Shown here one piece after another: positions 27,153 through 48,657 of a stretch of DNA of 64,000 nt. The number at the start of each line of letters is the position of its first letter. Position 1 is the stretch's first letter. The notes beneath the pieces are model-generated. The model saw nothing but the letters and a program-made list of their open reading frames with translations, did no database searches and was not told where the DNA came from. The DNA comes from Blastocystis sp. Blastoise. Taxonomy: Eukaryota > Protista > Bigyra: Opalinata. The stretch covers positions 558,001 to 622,000 of the forward strand of contig JBBPEB010000015.1 of the NCBI GenBank assembly GCA_039096225.1, given 5' to 3'. The translations under genes and the position numbers were made by a program.

Positions 27153-27365
27153 ATCATAGAATCCTCTTTTCATATATAAAAACACGACTAAACACTATTT
27201 ATTTTTATTAAAACACACATGATTATTCTCTGGAATGACGACCAATGAGTATGAGAAAAAGAAGAAATTCCTAAATTGATGGTTTTAAATTCATTTATCT
27301 TTTTTCTTTGGTATATTTTTTTAACAGAAAAAATATTTTTTTTTTGCCAAGTTTACTCAATTATA

Positions 27366-30433
<3,068 letters not shown>

Positions 30434-31055
30434 TTATAATTTTTTTTTCTCGTTTATGTTTTATTTTAATTTATTTTATATAAGTATTTTATATATTTTT
30501 CATATATTTATCATTCCTGTGAAGTTATAAAAATAGCTATAATATATTATATTCATTGTGGTTTGAGTTTGCGATGAGTATTATGTATATATATCTCTTT
30601 TATTGTTTATTCTTTTTTTAATATTTTTTTAAAATATTTATTTTGAATTGTAACGTTATTTTTAATTTAAAAATAATGTATTTTTGTATATTTTTGTTGC
30701 CTTTTTCTATATCTAATTCTTAATATCATTAGTAGTTTTATCATATTATTACAGTAGACAAATCAACTTGAACATCAACAACCAATAACATATACAAAAC
30801 GTGAATAGATCACACTAATCTCAATGAAACAAAAGAAACAAATAAAAAAAAAAGAAAAGCAAAAGAATTGAAATAAAATTATTATAAAAAATATGAACAA
30901 ATAGCTTGTATCAAGAAGAATATATTGATAATATTAACTATTAAAAATATAAAATAAAATATAATTAACTAAAAAAATAAAGAAGTGAAAAAGTGAAAAA
31001 TATTGTATTATATAATATAATATAGAATAAATGAAATATATATATATATATATAT

Positions 31056-34000
31056 TTAGAGTAACGATTTATAGAGACTATGTGTATTTTGATATCCGTA
31101 CTGTGTAGGTATTTTCTTTGTTTTGGTGGTGATTGTAAGACGACGTATAGTAACGAAATAATACAGAACAGTATAACCAGAGACTATAGCAACAAAAGCT
31201 ATTACAATACTTACAATACCTATATATTATATCTTTATATATATATATAAAGATATATATGTACATATAAAGATATAATTTCCATAAGATAATTCACATG
31301 ATTTCCCGTAATAACCAAGATAACAACTACATCGACCAGCCATGTTATTACAATATCCATTGGTGGGAACACAAAAATAGGTGCACGTACTTTCATTTCG
31401 AGGAACAGAACAATCAATTCCCGTGAAATCTTGTTGACAGAGACAAATACCTTTTCCCGCCAATCCCTCATCACATTTCCCGTGGTTACTACCTATAATA
31501 ATAGATACAAAGATAATTTTACATAATAATATAACTAATATTATGTTTATATATATAATATACAATGCTTAATAATATATATTTATAAATATATACAAGG
31601 AAAACCATCAGAAAAAGGACATTGATTCGTACAATTAGCTCCAAAATAACCGCGGGAACAATCTGAGCATAAAGAAACAGGATCATAATGACCGCTACAG
31701 ATGCATTTCCCGTTTCCATTCCTACCATCCTATATATATAATAGTTATATATATATATAGAATAGTTATGTATATAGAATAGTTATGTATATAGAATAGT
31801 TATGTATATAGAATAGTTATGTATATAGAATAGTTATGTATATAGTATAGTTATGTATATAGAATAGTTATGTATATAGAATAGTTATGTATATAGAATA
31901 GTTATGTATATATAAATACATCACATCGTCCATGTATACAGTTTGGACACTTCTTGCATTCCTCTCCGAAGTAATTATGTTTACATCGCTCACACAGGGG
32001 TCCGTCATGCATTGCGTCACACACACATTTGCCACTATAGTATAACAATGTATATATATAATATATATAACAATGTATAATATATAATATATATAACAAT
32101 ATATAATATATATATATAATGTATAATATTACCTTCCTTTAATTCCTTCATCACATTTACCCGATAAACACGGGGAACAAGGCTCACAATTAGTGCCATA
32201 ATATCCAGGGGAACACTCCTCACAATTGGCGGCAGGATCCCTCCCTGGTGGGCAACTGTCACATGCTCCTTGAGTACAACTGGGAATCATAGTAATTAAG
32301 CTAATAATATCCGCGGGAAATGGAGTATCCACAGGAAATAATGTAAAATAATCTTGATAATTATCAGTTTTTGGAGTTATATATCCGATTGCTCCATAAT
32401 AAGTACCTATAATAATAATTTAGATAATAATAATAATAATAATAAAAACATATAAATATTAAAATATATATATATCTAATAAAAACAACAAAAAAAAAAT
32501 AATAAATATAAATACATGAGTTACAATAGAATGATGCATCCTTCGTAATCATGATTTGAGATATAACATGTGTCTCAAGTTTACCATCACACGTGACATT
32601 CGGTGAAAACGTATAAATAGCTTCATAGATATTTTCTGTTGGATATTCTTTCGTTGATATAGATATATAACTATATATACAAGTGAATAATATATCGTAT
32701 ACATAATTCTTATATACACATAAATGAATGATACGTTTAATAAATAATTCTTATATATATAAATACATAGGTAATTGTATATCCATAGTAAGTTCTAAGA
32801 GAAGAGGAGATAGATTATCGGATCGATAGCCGAGGGAAAAGAGGGCGGGAAGTGACGCAGAGGGGAGAGAGAGGGTTGTTGGTGTAGAATAAGAGAGAGA
32901 AGGAGGGTCTACATGGATAGAAATAGAATAATCATTTAGACTCATCATGTAATATATATATATATATATATATAACGTATATAGAATAGAGAATACTATA
33001 AATAACATACAATAATGATAATTAGTTTTCATGATAATAAATTGACCTGGTTCAAGTTTAATAGTAATATAAAGAACACATTCGTCACAGGGAAAATCTG
33101 TTTGTGTATATACGTCGATTGTTGGAAGTGGGGGAGACATGTGAGTGAAATATTGATTCTTAGAAGTATATATAACACTACAGAGTATAGAATAGAATTA
33201 TTATTATTATATATATACGATTGTATTGGTGAGAATTGAATACCATCAATATAATCAACAGATATATAACTATATATATAATGAATTAAGAATGTATATT
33301 ATAACATATAACTATATATATAATGAATTAAAAATGTATATTATAGCATATAACATTATATATATAATGAATTAAGAATGTATAATATAGCATATATCAA
33401 TATATATATATATAATAATATATACGGGGATGTTGAATTATAGGATCCGACATGTAAATATAGATATATATATTGGGTGGTATTCGATTGATTATTCTCT
33501 TTTATTATTAATTCTTGAGTATTCAAATTGTAAGAATGATCTATAGAGTTATATATAGTTATTTATATATATATATATATACAATTTGTTTTATAAGCAT
33601 TAAATGGAAAACTAATAATATCACATTTAGCATTAGATGTAGAATTCATAGCATTCCCACGGGAATATACATCTTTAGGAGGAAATGAAGAAAAAGAAAT
33701 ATAATATTTCCCTATTGGATCATAGTTATCCATAACCGCGGGAATCTTTAGTTTTCGTGGAAATCCATTATCGATGGATCCTCTAGTGATTTTTGTTTTA
33801 TTCTATAAATAGATATATTATATATTGAATTATATTATTTATTGTATATATAATATTATATTTTATATATATACAGCATAATAGAGTATATAGAATATTC
33901 GACATCGACCCCAATAGAATAAATCAACTTCATATTCTCCATCAAATGTAGTATGAGAGTCTAATGAATAATATATAATAGGTGATAAGTTCTTATATAT

Positions 34001-35386
34001 AGATATATGTTGAAAAGAGAGAAAACGAGGGATTGTAGGAACATCTTCTGCACGTGTACTGAGGGCCATTCTAATGGGAATATCACATGCTTTTGTAGGG
34101 ACAATAATGAGGTATCATAATTAAAGAATTTTATTGATTTATATATATATAAATATAAATAAATAAATAAATAAATAAATATATATATATATATATAATG
34201 AGAGGATATAAAATGATAAGTATCCCATGAAAATGTGTTATTCTGATAATTATAATGATATTCCGACGTGAGTTCCGACGTGGACACAAAACTACCTGGA
34301 ACTATATATATATATAAACAAATAAAAAAAAAATAAAATAAATAAATAAATATAAATAAATAAATATATATATAAATAAATAAATAAATATACCTGGTCT
34401 CTCAAATCCATTTTTATATAATGATATATAGTTATCAGAGAGTATACTATATATATATATAAATATGTATATATATATATATATATACCTAATAATATAA
34501 TTTTGAGGATATATAGTAAGACTGGTAACATCATCTGAATTAGAATCACTCTATATATATATAACAAGATATACTTTGAAATAACAGAATCATTGAATAA
34601 GAATATTTATGAATAATATATTAATAATAATAACTATATATATATATATACTTCATTACTATATAGGTTTGGCTTGTCAGGAGTATTAAAATAAAAGGCA
34701 CTAAGACGATAAGGATAGCGATCCTGAGTATATTGTATATATTCATTGGACTTAATATGGCTGAAACAATCTGAAAATACAATCAAATAAATATAAATAT
34801 AGTTTATATAATGGTATAGAATAGTTCAAACAAACAAAAATATATATATAAAGATGATACATAAAATAAAATAATATATATAAATATCATACAATCTTCC
34901 TTATAAGATAACGTTACAAATGCGTTAGCGAGTTCAGTAACACGGAATTCTATTCGAATTCGTTTTCCTTTGACGACCATAGAGGGATATTGTAGTTGTG
35001 TAAATGTATATATCAAATTTGTTTGACATGTAATTCCACTAAAAATAAGTAAGAAACATATATATATATATATACGCAGAGATATATTTTTTATCTGGTA
35101 AATAAATAACGTAGATTCCCTCAAGAGTTGGGAAGAATTGACTAAGAATAATAATACTGTCACAAAACTACTTAATAAAATACCATGATGCTTTGATAGA
35201 GATTGATACAACATGATAGTTTGTTTGTAAAGAGAGATCTACTGGAAAAAACCCGGCATAACTAATAGTTTTGACTTTTTCAGGCTCATCGTTGAAATAT
35301 GTGCATTCGGAAGAGACGTGGATGATGAATAGCATAAAAAGCATCCCAAAATACAATCGATTTGAATAATGATTAGATACTATCAT
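31056..35386 (-). CDS. EGF/laminin-EGF repeat type-I membrane protein; contains one AT-AC intron
   Basis: N-terminal hydrophobic signal; many CxCxxGxxGxxC repeats at 31270-32280; TM IVSIVIAFVAIVSGYTVLYYFV; stop at 31056. Confidence 0.8.
31740..31908. repeat. Intronic 17-bp minisatellite
   Basis: Unit agaatagttatgtatat repeated about 9 times. Confidence 0.9.
34112..34209 (-). other. U12-type AT-AC intron
   Basis: Minus strand 5' ATATCCTC, branch-like TTCTTTAAT, 3' ATAC; joins TYHF|LIIVPTKAC in frame. Confidence 0.8.
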
Positions 35387-36291
35387 TCTTTCTATTTCAC
35401 AGATTAGATTACTCTACGATGAAAAGCTTATTTATTTGTATTTCAATTCTGAATAGTTCTTTGTAATGAAATAAAAATGTGTTTTCAATTTATGACAACA
35501 ATATTTTTGAATATTCTGGCTTCCTCCTTAAATTTATGTGTTTTTCCATGGTTTTATAAATTATCTTTTGATAGTTGTTTTTTGTGTTCAGGTTCAAGGA
35601 TGTAGTCATTGTCTATATACGAAGATCTTCTTATATTGTATAGGTAATAATAAAAATATTAAGTATTTTAAAAGTAACAAATTAGTGAATGTAATTCTCA
35701 TCTATAGTTTCAATAGCTCTTTTTTGTAATAGAAGATATTTTGAAACAACATTTAGTATAAACAGTATGAACATGATTTGGGTAATGCTATTTTTTATAT
35801 TTATATGAATTATGGTTATGTGGAGTAGTCAGTTTATAAATAATTTGCATTTTAAAACTGCCACTGTGTACTATATTTATCAATGAAATGAATGATAAAT
35901 AGAGGAGACTCAGAAAATACGTTAATCTGTTCATTACTACGTTTTATTTTTAGAATATTGATTATGAAATATTTTGGTGCATAAAGATGTTAACTGAAAA
36001 CAAACATTTATACATCATGTTGATAATAAGTGCTCAAAGTGGTATAATTATATGTATTTTCGTTTATAATATATGTATCATGAAGCACTGAAAAAAGATA
36101 AATTATAGAACAGCTAAACAAGAGTAATGAAAAAACTAGACTTAGTTAACGATAAAAGCCAAAGAGATAAATACTTAGTTCACATCAAAAAGTAGATGGA
36201 TAAAAAAGGATATATGTACAGTTGCCATAAAAAAAGACGCACAAAAAAAAAGAAGGAATAATTGATAGAATATATAGAGATAAATATCAAT

Positions 36292-38939
<2,648 letters not shown>

Positions 38940-40289
38940 TATTGACTTTTATAATAAATTATTTATGTATATTTATTCAAAATAAAAAATAGAAAAACGA
39001 AACAGAAGCTTTGTTTTTTGCCAACAAATTGTTATATAGAAAGCAGTGTTTTGCACGGAAAATCGAAAGAAATTTCTCGATTTCTCGGACAATGAGCAAT
39101 AACAAAATGACAGTGTCCTATGACGCAAATGTATAGTGATCCAAAAATATATGTTAATAAAGAAAAATACTTCCAGTTTTCAACAATTGTGTTGGACAAT
39201 AAAAGATGACTCATTTTTTTATGGAAAACGAATTTAAAAACAGCTTCTTTTTGTATTTTTTCTTTTTTTGAATCATTTCGTCAAGGATAAGATATATGAG
39301 GTGAAATCAGTTTTTTAATAGCATCATTGTGTCTTGAGTATAGTACTACTATTATAATAGGAAACTCTATAGTTTTTTCAAAATGATAAAAAAACATTCG
39401 TTTACACTTTTTTTCTTCTTGTGAAATGAATTGATCTTTTAATGGCATAAACACTTATCGGTTATACTTTGCAATTTAGTCTATGGATGCTGATCCATTT
39501 AAAATACTATATATTTGTTATTTACAAGAGAATTATTTCATTCTACTCTCTATATATCAAAATATGTTATTTATATCCATAATATTAATTCTCGATTCTC
39601 AAAGAGATAAATAAATCTTTTTTAAATAAATCAATTCTTTTTATAGATGATACTAGAAGATTTATTCGTATTCTAAAAACAAATGAATAGCAGAGATTCT
39701 ATGTTATTCTTTTTAATTGCTGACAATATAAAATGAAACTTTTTTCTAGAAAGTACAGGTTAAGCTTACAATAGAATATACATAGTTTCATAAACAAGAA
39801 AAATGAGTATTTCCATTACTCCACATTATCTATTGAAATCAATTTAATAATCCATTAGCAAGTTGATTTATCTGAGTGGTCTACATTCCATACAATCTCG
39901 AATTCTAATACACCATTTAAGCAATGAAAATGACAAAATGGGGAGAAAAGTGTCTGACAAATATAGATCCATAGCATAAAGTATTAGCAATCGCATAGCT
40001 ACATTTTTTATATCATTCTTATTAACAGATTATAAGAATAAGCACACTTAATTATGTATAACGTATCTTATATACTCGAGATGTATCTTATTAATATTAA
40101 TATAGACTTGTTTTGTTTCATAATAGTTTTCTAATTGTTATATCCTTAATAAATCACTATCATTCGAACATTTAAAAATTTAAAATGATGATAATAATCA
40201 CGGAAATTCATTTTTTCACAGTTTCATTTGAGAATAATTTATTTTTCTGAATTTGATTTTTTAATTATCATATTCGCCTTCTAAAACGA

Positions 40290-42102
40290 ATGAGTAACCC
40301 TCAAATGTATATAGTTAGAGAATTCGTATCATGTTCTCAATTAATATGAATGTATATCTAGAGTTCGTAAGAAATCCCGATGGGATGATAAGCCTGATGA
40401 AACTGTATCAAATCAAGCAAATTACACAAGTCAAGATGAAGTTAAGCAGAGTGTCTCAGATCAGCAATCAAAGAATTCTGGAAATGAAAAAGTATTTATT
40501 TCATAACAAAGTCAAAACAAATTCATTTTTAGAAACCAGTGATCACAGATTCTTTAAAGAAAGCTTTAGCTGTTGCAGCTCAAATATCAAGTCAATTATC
40601 AGCAAGTAACGCTGGAAAACAATCAAAAATTGTGTATTTGGAAACAGGATTAAGTGGATGTATTGACAAGGATACAAGAGAGTTAATTACAGGACCTAAT
40701 GTATGCTATTATAATTTATAACTTTCTTTGTTATTATCTATATATATATAATTTTGATTTCGAAATGTATATTTTTCTTCATTATATATATATACTCTAT
40801 ATTATATGATCAATATTTTATTTCTTTAATTCTTAAAAATAAATGTTTTTGTCTTTATAGAATCAATACTTATCGTATATAGAATCTCAGACTTTTTGTA
40901 CTATTCAATTGAAACCACAAGATTCTCATGATTATTTCATGATTTCTTATATAAATGAAACTCAAAAACAATCATGTATACATCAACTTGAAAAACTTTT
41001 ACAAACAGTGTATTTAAAAAAACAATTCTTATATAAGCCAACAAAAGTATCCATTACGGAACCTGTATATTAATATTCATCAATTTTTCATAACTACAAA
41101 TAAATATATATATACATATAGACATTAGATATATCTATCTTGCCTCCTCCTCCTCTTCCTTCTTCTTCTTCTGTTTTATCTCTTCCTATCACTTCAAATA
41201 CTTCTCTTTCTTCTCAACCTCTATCTTATCTTCTTCTTCCTCCTCCTCCTCTTCTAAATCCTATACAAAATCCATTATATATATCTACTCATTCTCCTTA
41301 TTCTATTCCTCCTCCTCCTCCTCCTCCTCCACTTCCTCTACCTTTATCTACTTCTACCCTATATAAATCTCCTTATATATCATCTGCATTACCTCTATCT
41401 TATCCTCCTTCTCCATATATATGTTCTCCATCTATTCCTATAGATATTAGTCAATACCCAGAGATGAATACACAACCTTTAGTTATAAAAAAGAAGAAAA
41501 ATAATAAAGATACTTTGGAAGATACTGAAAATCATGGGAATCAAGAGAATAATAAGGAAGATTTAGATTCTACAGATGATGGAAGAAGAAAAAGACGATA
41601 TAAAGAGTTTATTGATAATCCTAAGGAAGTTCAAGTGAAACGAGTTGTTATAGAAACATCAATAGATGACGATTTTAAAGAAAATGAAAAAGAAAAGGAT
41701 AAAGATAGAGAAATTAATATTAATAAAGACATAGATATGAAGAATCCACCTATTAAATGTATTACTGTAGATATGAATAATGATCAAGACATTTATCCTA
41801 GTATTTTTTATTTTATTTTATTTTATTTTCTTTATTTATTTATTATTAATTTATTTATTTATTTAATATTATATTATTAATTTATACATTATTAATATAT
41901 TATTTAATTATTATTACTATATAGTTTTGTATGGACATGAAGGTAGTGATGATGACCTAGATTCCCGTGATTATACTACACCTTCATCATATCTAGAGTC
42001 TACTTCTGTTTCAATCAATCCATTAGATACTCAGGATTCTATAAAAGAATCAACTATAACATATAATATCAATAAAAATAATAATAATAACACTAATAAC
42101 AC

Positions 42103-42147
<45 letters not shown>

Positions 42148-42856
42148 TAATGATAATTCATCAATGCTATCCATTCCTATAGAAGATAATATATCAATAA
42201 AAGAAATTAAATTTATATCAAAGAATATATTACTAAATGAACGAAAAGATACTCCTTTAGAACTAGAAGATAATCATGAGAATCACTATATATATAATTA
42301 TGATACATATATGGATAATAATAGCGATAAAAATACAAATCAAGATGATGACACTATAGATTCTATAGAAGAAGAAATGAAGAAATACCGCGGGGATTTG
42401 TCTTATTCACCAGGAAGGAATGATACTATTAATTCAGAGAGTAGTTCTTTACATACAGATAAATACTCAAAGAATAAGAAAAAAGATAAATATAAAGATA
42501 AGTTTAGTAATAAATATAGTGACTCTGAAGAGGATGAAGAAGAGAATGAAGAAGATATCGACGTTATTTCCACGATTATTCAAAAGAAACAGAAATCCGC
42601 AATGAAACATAATAAAAGAATTGATATCAATACTGATAAAGATGGATTTATTATGCCTAAATCGTTACCTAATATGAATGAAAAAAGTATTTCTATATAT
42701 ATATATATTATAGAATTACCTATATTCTTAATTGTTAATATTATATATATATTTTATATTTATTATTAATGTGTATATGAATTAATCTCTATAGAGCCTT
42801 CGTTGATATCTTTAGTTGGTTATACAGATAGTGATGATGATAGTGATGATTTTTAA
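40290..42856 (+). CDS. KH-domain protein, KHDC4/BLOM7/RIK-like
   Basis: SRWDD, ALAVAAQI, LITGPNNQYLSYIESQT...LEKLLQTV, Pro-rich tract, KRRYKE and C-terminal SLVGYTDSDDD. Confidence 0.6.
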
Positions 42857-43217
42857 TATAGAATCAACATTATATAATTTTGTTTTTATGTCAGTCTTCT
42901 AAAGATATTGTTCTTTCTTTGTTAACATAGACTTATTAGTTTATAATATATACAAGGTTTTGTTGTTATATATTATGAATCATTATTACTATTTATTAAC
43001 TTATTGAATATATTTTTTAAATTATATTCGATAAAAATATGATTTTATTCTGAAATATAGTTACTTCACTATAGATGTATATAATTTTTTAAACAAGCAA
43101 ATAGAAATATCACATATTAATGAATAAATGTAAATGATTGAAATTTTTTTTTAAAACTTTTTAACAAATATAAACATAAGACTTATAAATATGAAAGAAT
43201 ACTTTTAAATATCATAA

Positions 43218-43733
43218 TTAACTTTGTTTCGACATATATTCATCATAACTATGTCCAAATTTAATAAATTTAAATTTAAGTGTTTTCGTATCTAATAACG
43301 CTGGTCCTAAGGGTAAAATATCTCTTCCAAGAATAGAACGAAGTATTAATGAGAAATATATATAAAACGAAATCACTGCAATTATACAGGATAAAACAGC
43401 TCCTATATAGAATAATCATATAATAATAACATATATATTTTATAAAATATCTATAGAATAGTTCTTATTATTATATATATATATACCTGCAATAACAGAC
43501 ATATCTGCCCATATTTCAAAATCTGCTAATATACATACAGCAATAATTAATATTAATAATAAAACAAAAGATATATTAATAGGAAGTGCAATCAATGTTA
43601 ATCCAACAGTATATAATGCATATCTATATATATATATTATATATAAAATGGTAAAAAAATTACGTTTTTAAGTTATTTTAATATATATATATATTATATA
43701 GAAAACGGTAAAAAAAATTATGTTTTTACGTTA

Positions 43734-43820
<87 letters not shown>

Positions 43821-44284
43821 CCCTGCAAAAGCGACTCCTAGTTGTTGATCAGGCCTTGTTGTTGTTACTTCAGGAGTAGCATATACTTCTATCATTAATG
43901 TAGCTGATAAACCTAACCAAAATAAACCATATCTATAGTATAGTATATTGTTAATATACAAATTAATTATATATATATTGATATAGTATTTATATATATA
44001 TTATAATATACATAATTATTTAAATATATTTTTCTTTATAATCATCAATAAGTATATAAAATAATAAAAAGAAAAAGAAGAAAAAAAAAAAAAAGAAGAA
44101 GAAGAAAAAATAATAATAACTATATAAATACGCTGTAAATGTTAAAGCTCCAAAAAGATTACCTCTAGATATATCTACCCATCCTGCTATTAATTGTAAT
44201 ATACCTGGAATTAATATAAGCCATGGAAATAATAAGATAGGGCCTAAGGGAAAAATAAAACAAAAATAGATCTTTATTATCATT

Positions 44285-44318
<34 letters not shown>

Positions 44319-44868
44319 AAAATTATTATTCTAGTTATACTCTTCTCCTATTAAATAATCATTAAAAAAAAACTATATTTCTAATACTCTATAATATATA
44401 TATATATACCTTGTGTTGCTCCTAATTTCCATAAACCTACATAAAGAAATCCCATTCCAGTTCCAAAAAGACCTAATGGTGAAGGATCTAATTCATCTAA
44501 TTGAATTAAAACAGGTTTAAATCGATCAGTAGACATAGCACGAAGTCGTTTTATTAATCCTTTACTTCCAGGTCGACTTGGACCTTGTTTTTCTTTCTAT
44601 TATTATTAAAGAATAATACTCATTATAATATCCATATATATACTCCCATTTCAGATTCTTTAACAACAGGAATTGGACCCAAAGAAGATTCTGACCGTGT
44701 TCGATGAATTCTAGTGTCTATATCTATTGTATTACTATCTAAAACATTATTGTCAGCCACTACATATATTATAATACTTTATTTATTATTTTATATACGT
44801 AAAGGTGGGTAATTCGAGTCATCAAAGGAAGAAGAACTGTCATGATTCACATCTTTGTAACTCTTCAT
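43218..44868 (-). CDS. GPR1/FUN34/YaaH (SatP) acetate/succinate transporter
   Basis: DPSPLGLFG (NPAPLGL motif), GILQLIAG..GNLFGALTFTAYGLFW, about 6 TM segments, GRDILPLG. Confidence 0.88.
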
Positions 44869-45547
44869 GTCTTCAATATTCAATAAAAGGCATTTTCATT
44901 ATTCAAAAAATGAGTATAAAAGGATAACAAACAAAAGAAAAGTGATATTCTTTTATTTGCTTTATAAATCCTTTATAATGATGATTCTAAATAAAAAACT
45001 ATGATGTTTCAATTTCAATAGAATCTATTGACGTAACATGAGAAGAATTAATATATTCTAAACCTACATTTTTAATGATGATGCTCTGCTTTATATCTTT
45101 ATGAACTAAAATAGTTTGCAATAATTAGAAAAAAAATATTTTTTATATTTAAGATTATTATAATTCCATTATGAGACACTTAAAATATTGAGATCGCAAT
45201 CTCATTCAATGTCACAAGAGATAATACATTTCAAACATATAGAGTGATCTTGTTTGAGACGACTGTACAAAAATTATTATATTAATTTTAAAAAAACAGA
45301 ATACTGTTGGACATCGCCTGTAATATTTCTTATAATAATGATTTACAAAGAGTTCATGTCAAATACTTCATAAAGACAAGATAACTCATCAAATTCATAA
45401 ATAAAAACAAAGTAGAATTCCATAAGATTAAGAAAAATGAAAAGTGAGTTCATAACGAACTTGAGAGATTTATAAGAAAAAAAAGAAAATATATATATAT
45501 GTATAATAAATAACGGAGATTATAGTATCATTAGTAGCTTAATATAT

Positions 45548-45969
45548 TTAATGTTTGTTTTGAATATAATTAGCGGTTTTGACCAATCTCTCATTCTTAT
45601 AATTTTTCTTCATAATATTCATGATTTCTTCTTTTTGAGATGGTTCCTTAGCACTGTATAATAATTATCATCATTAATAAATTTAAAAAATAGAGAAATA
45701 ACAAGAATTTTGAACATAAAGATCATGTTCATAACAAATATATATATATTTTTATATATAAAAAACTTAGTACATCAAATGACTACATACTTGATAAATT
45801 CATTGAGAATAGCTAAACGTCGAGGAGGTTCAGAAGCTAATTGAAGAGGAGCAACAAAAAACTTTGAATAAATCGTATTCTCTTTAATTAAATAAGCAGA
45901 ACTTGAGGAGATTTTTGTTTTGCTTATTGTTGCAAAAGCTCTGAGAGAGAAATTGGAGACCTTGTTCAT
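45548..45969 (-). CDS. Small (about 94 aa) hypothetical protein with a mitochondrial-presequence-like N-terminus
   Basis: Two exons in frame; MNKVSNFSLRAFATISK is basic, hydroxylated and lacks acidic residues. Confidence 0.55.
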
Positions 45970-46185
45970 GTTAAATAATTCTTATTACAACACAAAACAG
46001 TGATTAAATAGACAAAGAAAACAAGGCAAAAAAATGACTCTTCAAAAGAAAAATGAAAAATGTTGAAATATGCTGATTTTTGAGAATTAAGAAAATATTT
46101 AGTACACGGGAATAATAAAAATAATCCCTATAAAAGATAATTAATAGTGAATATAATTTAAATAATTGAAAATAAGGATTTATCA

Positions 46186-48657
46186 ATGCCTGAAGGTCAT
46201 TCTCGTCATAGACATCATCGAGACAACAGTGTCTCTCGTGAGGATCCAATGAGTCGTTCTCATCATAGTCACGGACATCATAATCGTCATTATCATACCA
46301 AATCTTCACGCGAAACTACTTCACAAAAGGTTCTGAATGAAAATGATATGACAACAATTCGTATGGGTAAATTGATAGTTGATATGCGTAAGGATGATCA
46401 GAATAATGCAGATGAGCTTGAATCCTATATAAACGTATTAAACATTGGGATTGGTGTTGATTTGCGAAAAATTTTTAATGGAGTCGTATTAGGAGCTCTT
46501 TCTGTATAAATATATAAGTATTTAAATATTTATATATATAGATTATGTTCAATATGTTAAGTATTCAAGAACAAAATGGTACATATAAATATGATCCAAG
46601 TCGCTATAACAATGAAAGTATTTCAGATAAATTAGATAAATATTTTGAAGGTATATATTATATATATAAGATTTATATATATATCAGGATACTATATCTT
46701 CTATATTTTGTTGGTGATGATGATATTAGAAATAATGATATTTATATATTAATAATAATAATAATAATATATATATATAGAGGATGTTGAGAGTTTAGAG
46801 AAAGAAATAAATAGCCAATTATCTCAATGTTCTGCATCTTCTGTTACGAGAAGTAGCCAATCAGAATCTGTCTCAGAATCAGTTTCAGGATCGACGAATC
46901 ATCGTCATCATCGTCATCATAGTACTAGTAATCAAAACACTATTAATAACAGTACTAGTAGAAGTTCAAGTGTTCATAAAGAAATGAAAAGTATATTATG
47001 AATCTATATTATATAGTATTAGGATTAGAAATACAGTTTTTCTAATTGATTTCATCTATTTATTTTCATTATAGAAGAAGAAGAAGAAGAAGAGGTGAAG
47101 CCTGTAGTGATTGATGATATGTATACATTAAAACTAGTAAATCAAATGGAAAATGGTTCAATTGAAACTAGTCAAAAAGAAACGGGTATCTATTATTATT
47201 TAAAATATTTATGTATAATATTTTATTATGATATATAATATTAATTGATATATATTAATATTTAGAGAATCAAATAGTTTTAAATAATAATCCAATTTCA
47301 AATACAGCCAATCATATCGATAGCGATGGTATGTTATATGTTTATAATGTTTATTATTATATTTATTATGTTTATTATATTTATTATTGTATTCATTATA
47401 TTTATTATTATATAGAAGATGATGAAGACGGACCTCAGTTACCAGGTATATATATGAATATATATATTATATATATGTATATATATATATATTATATATA
47501 TATATATAGGTTTGAATACACGTTTGCCGACTCAAGAAGCTATTCAACAAGTTATGGATAAATTAGAAGAAGAAAAGAAAGTATTTTTATTACTATTGAA
47601 TTTTTTAAAATAGTTATTCTTTTTTATTATATATTATATATTCTTATCCTATTTGACTTATTCATTCTTATTCTTTATAGCCAGTATATAAAAGACCGGA
47701 ATGGATGCTTTACCCGCTAAAACCCGAAGAGCGGGCTGTAGACCCCACGAAAATAAAAGCTCATGGATTTACTACTGGAAATACATCTTCTGGAATAGTA
47801 TATATATATATATATTATCTTAAATATTTATCACTGAATATATATATATATATATTATTCTTTAATGTTTATCACCCAATATATATATATTATTCTTTAA
47901 TTTTTATCACTGAATATATATATATTATGTTTATTATGCATTCTTTCATATATATATATAGGATATGTCATGGTTTGAAACACCTAAAGCAGGAAATAAC
48001 CATTTAGGTTCTAATGGAACACAAAAAATGATTGGTCCTTCATTTGGTCCACATCCTTCTAAACCGTATATATTTATATACTATTTCCTTTATTATTTTT
48101 ATCTTATTTTTATTTATATCATTATAAGTATAAATATATATATCTATAATTAATAGGAATCCTCTTGATGAAGAAAAGAAAAAGAAAATGGAAGTATATT
48201 CTTATAATATTATAAATTATTGTTTATAATATATTCTTTTAATATTATAATTATTGTTTATAGTATATACTATAATATTCTATATACGTATATCTATTTA
48301 GGCTATATATAATAATTATGAAAATCAAAGAGGAGAGAGTTTACTTGCTATTCATCAACGAGAAGTAATTATAAAATATATTGATTATTATTTAATATAC
48401 AATAGTTCAGATAATTATAATTCTATTTATAATATTAATTATTATTATATATAGATGAAAAATAAAAAAGGACAAAAGAAAGAAAAAATTGGGCTGTATA
48501 TATGTTTATTATCTATTTCAACATATATATATATATATATAGTGCAAATATATATGATCGTGTGGGTGGTAATAAACAATTGAATCAGTTATTAGCAAGT
48601 AGTGCAGACTTCCATGATCGTTTTGGACCTGCTCAATTCTCACAAGGATCTTTATAA
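46186..48657 (+). CDS. DUF3752/GPALPP1-like protein
   Basis: GPQLPG, RPEWML, SWFETP, IGPSFGP, RGESLLAIHQ and terminal DRFG..F. Confidence 0.7.

Noticed and set aside
34487-34520. ATATCCT on the minus strand as a further U12 donor
   Set aside because: It lies inside an open exon bounded by normal GT-AG sites
39000-40250. ncRNA or hidden gene in long intergenic regions (also 2800-3900 and 49600-50550)
   Set aside because: No convincing box motifs, cloverleaf or spliceable ORF visible; an Infernal/tRNAscan run would be needed
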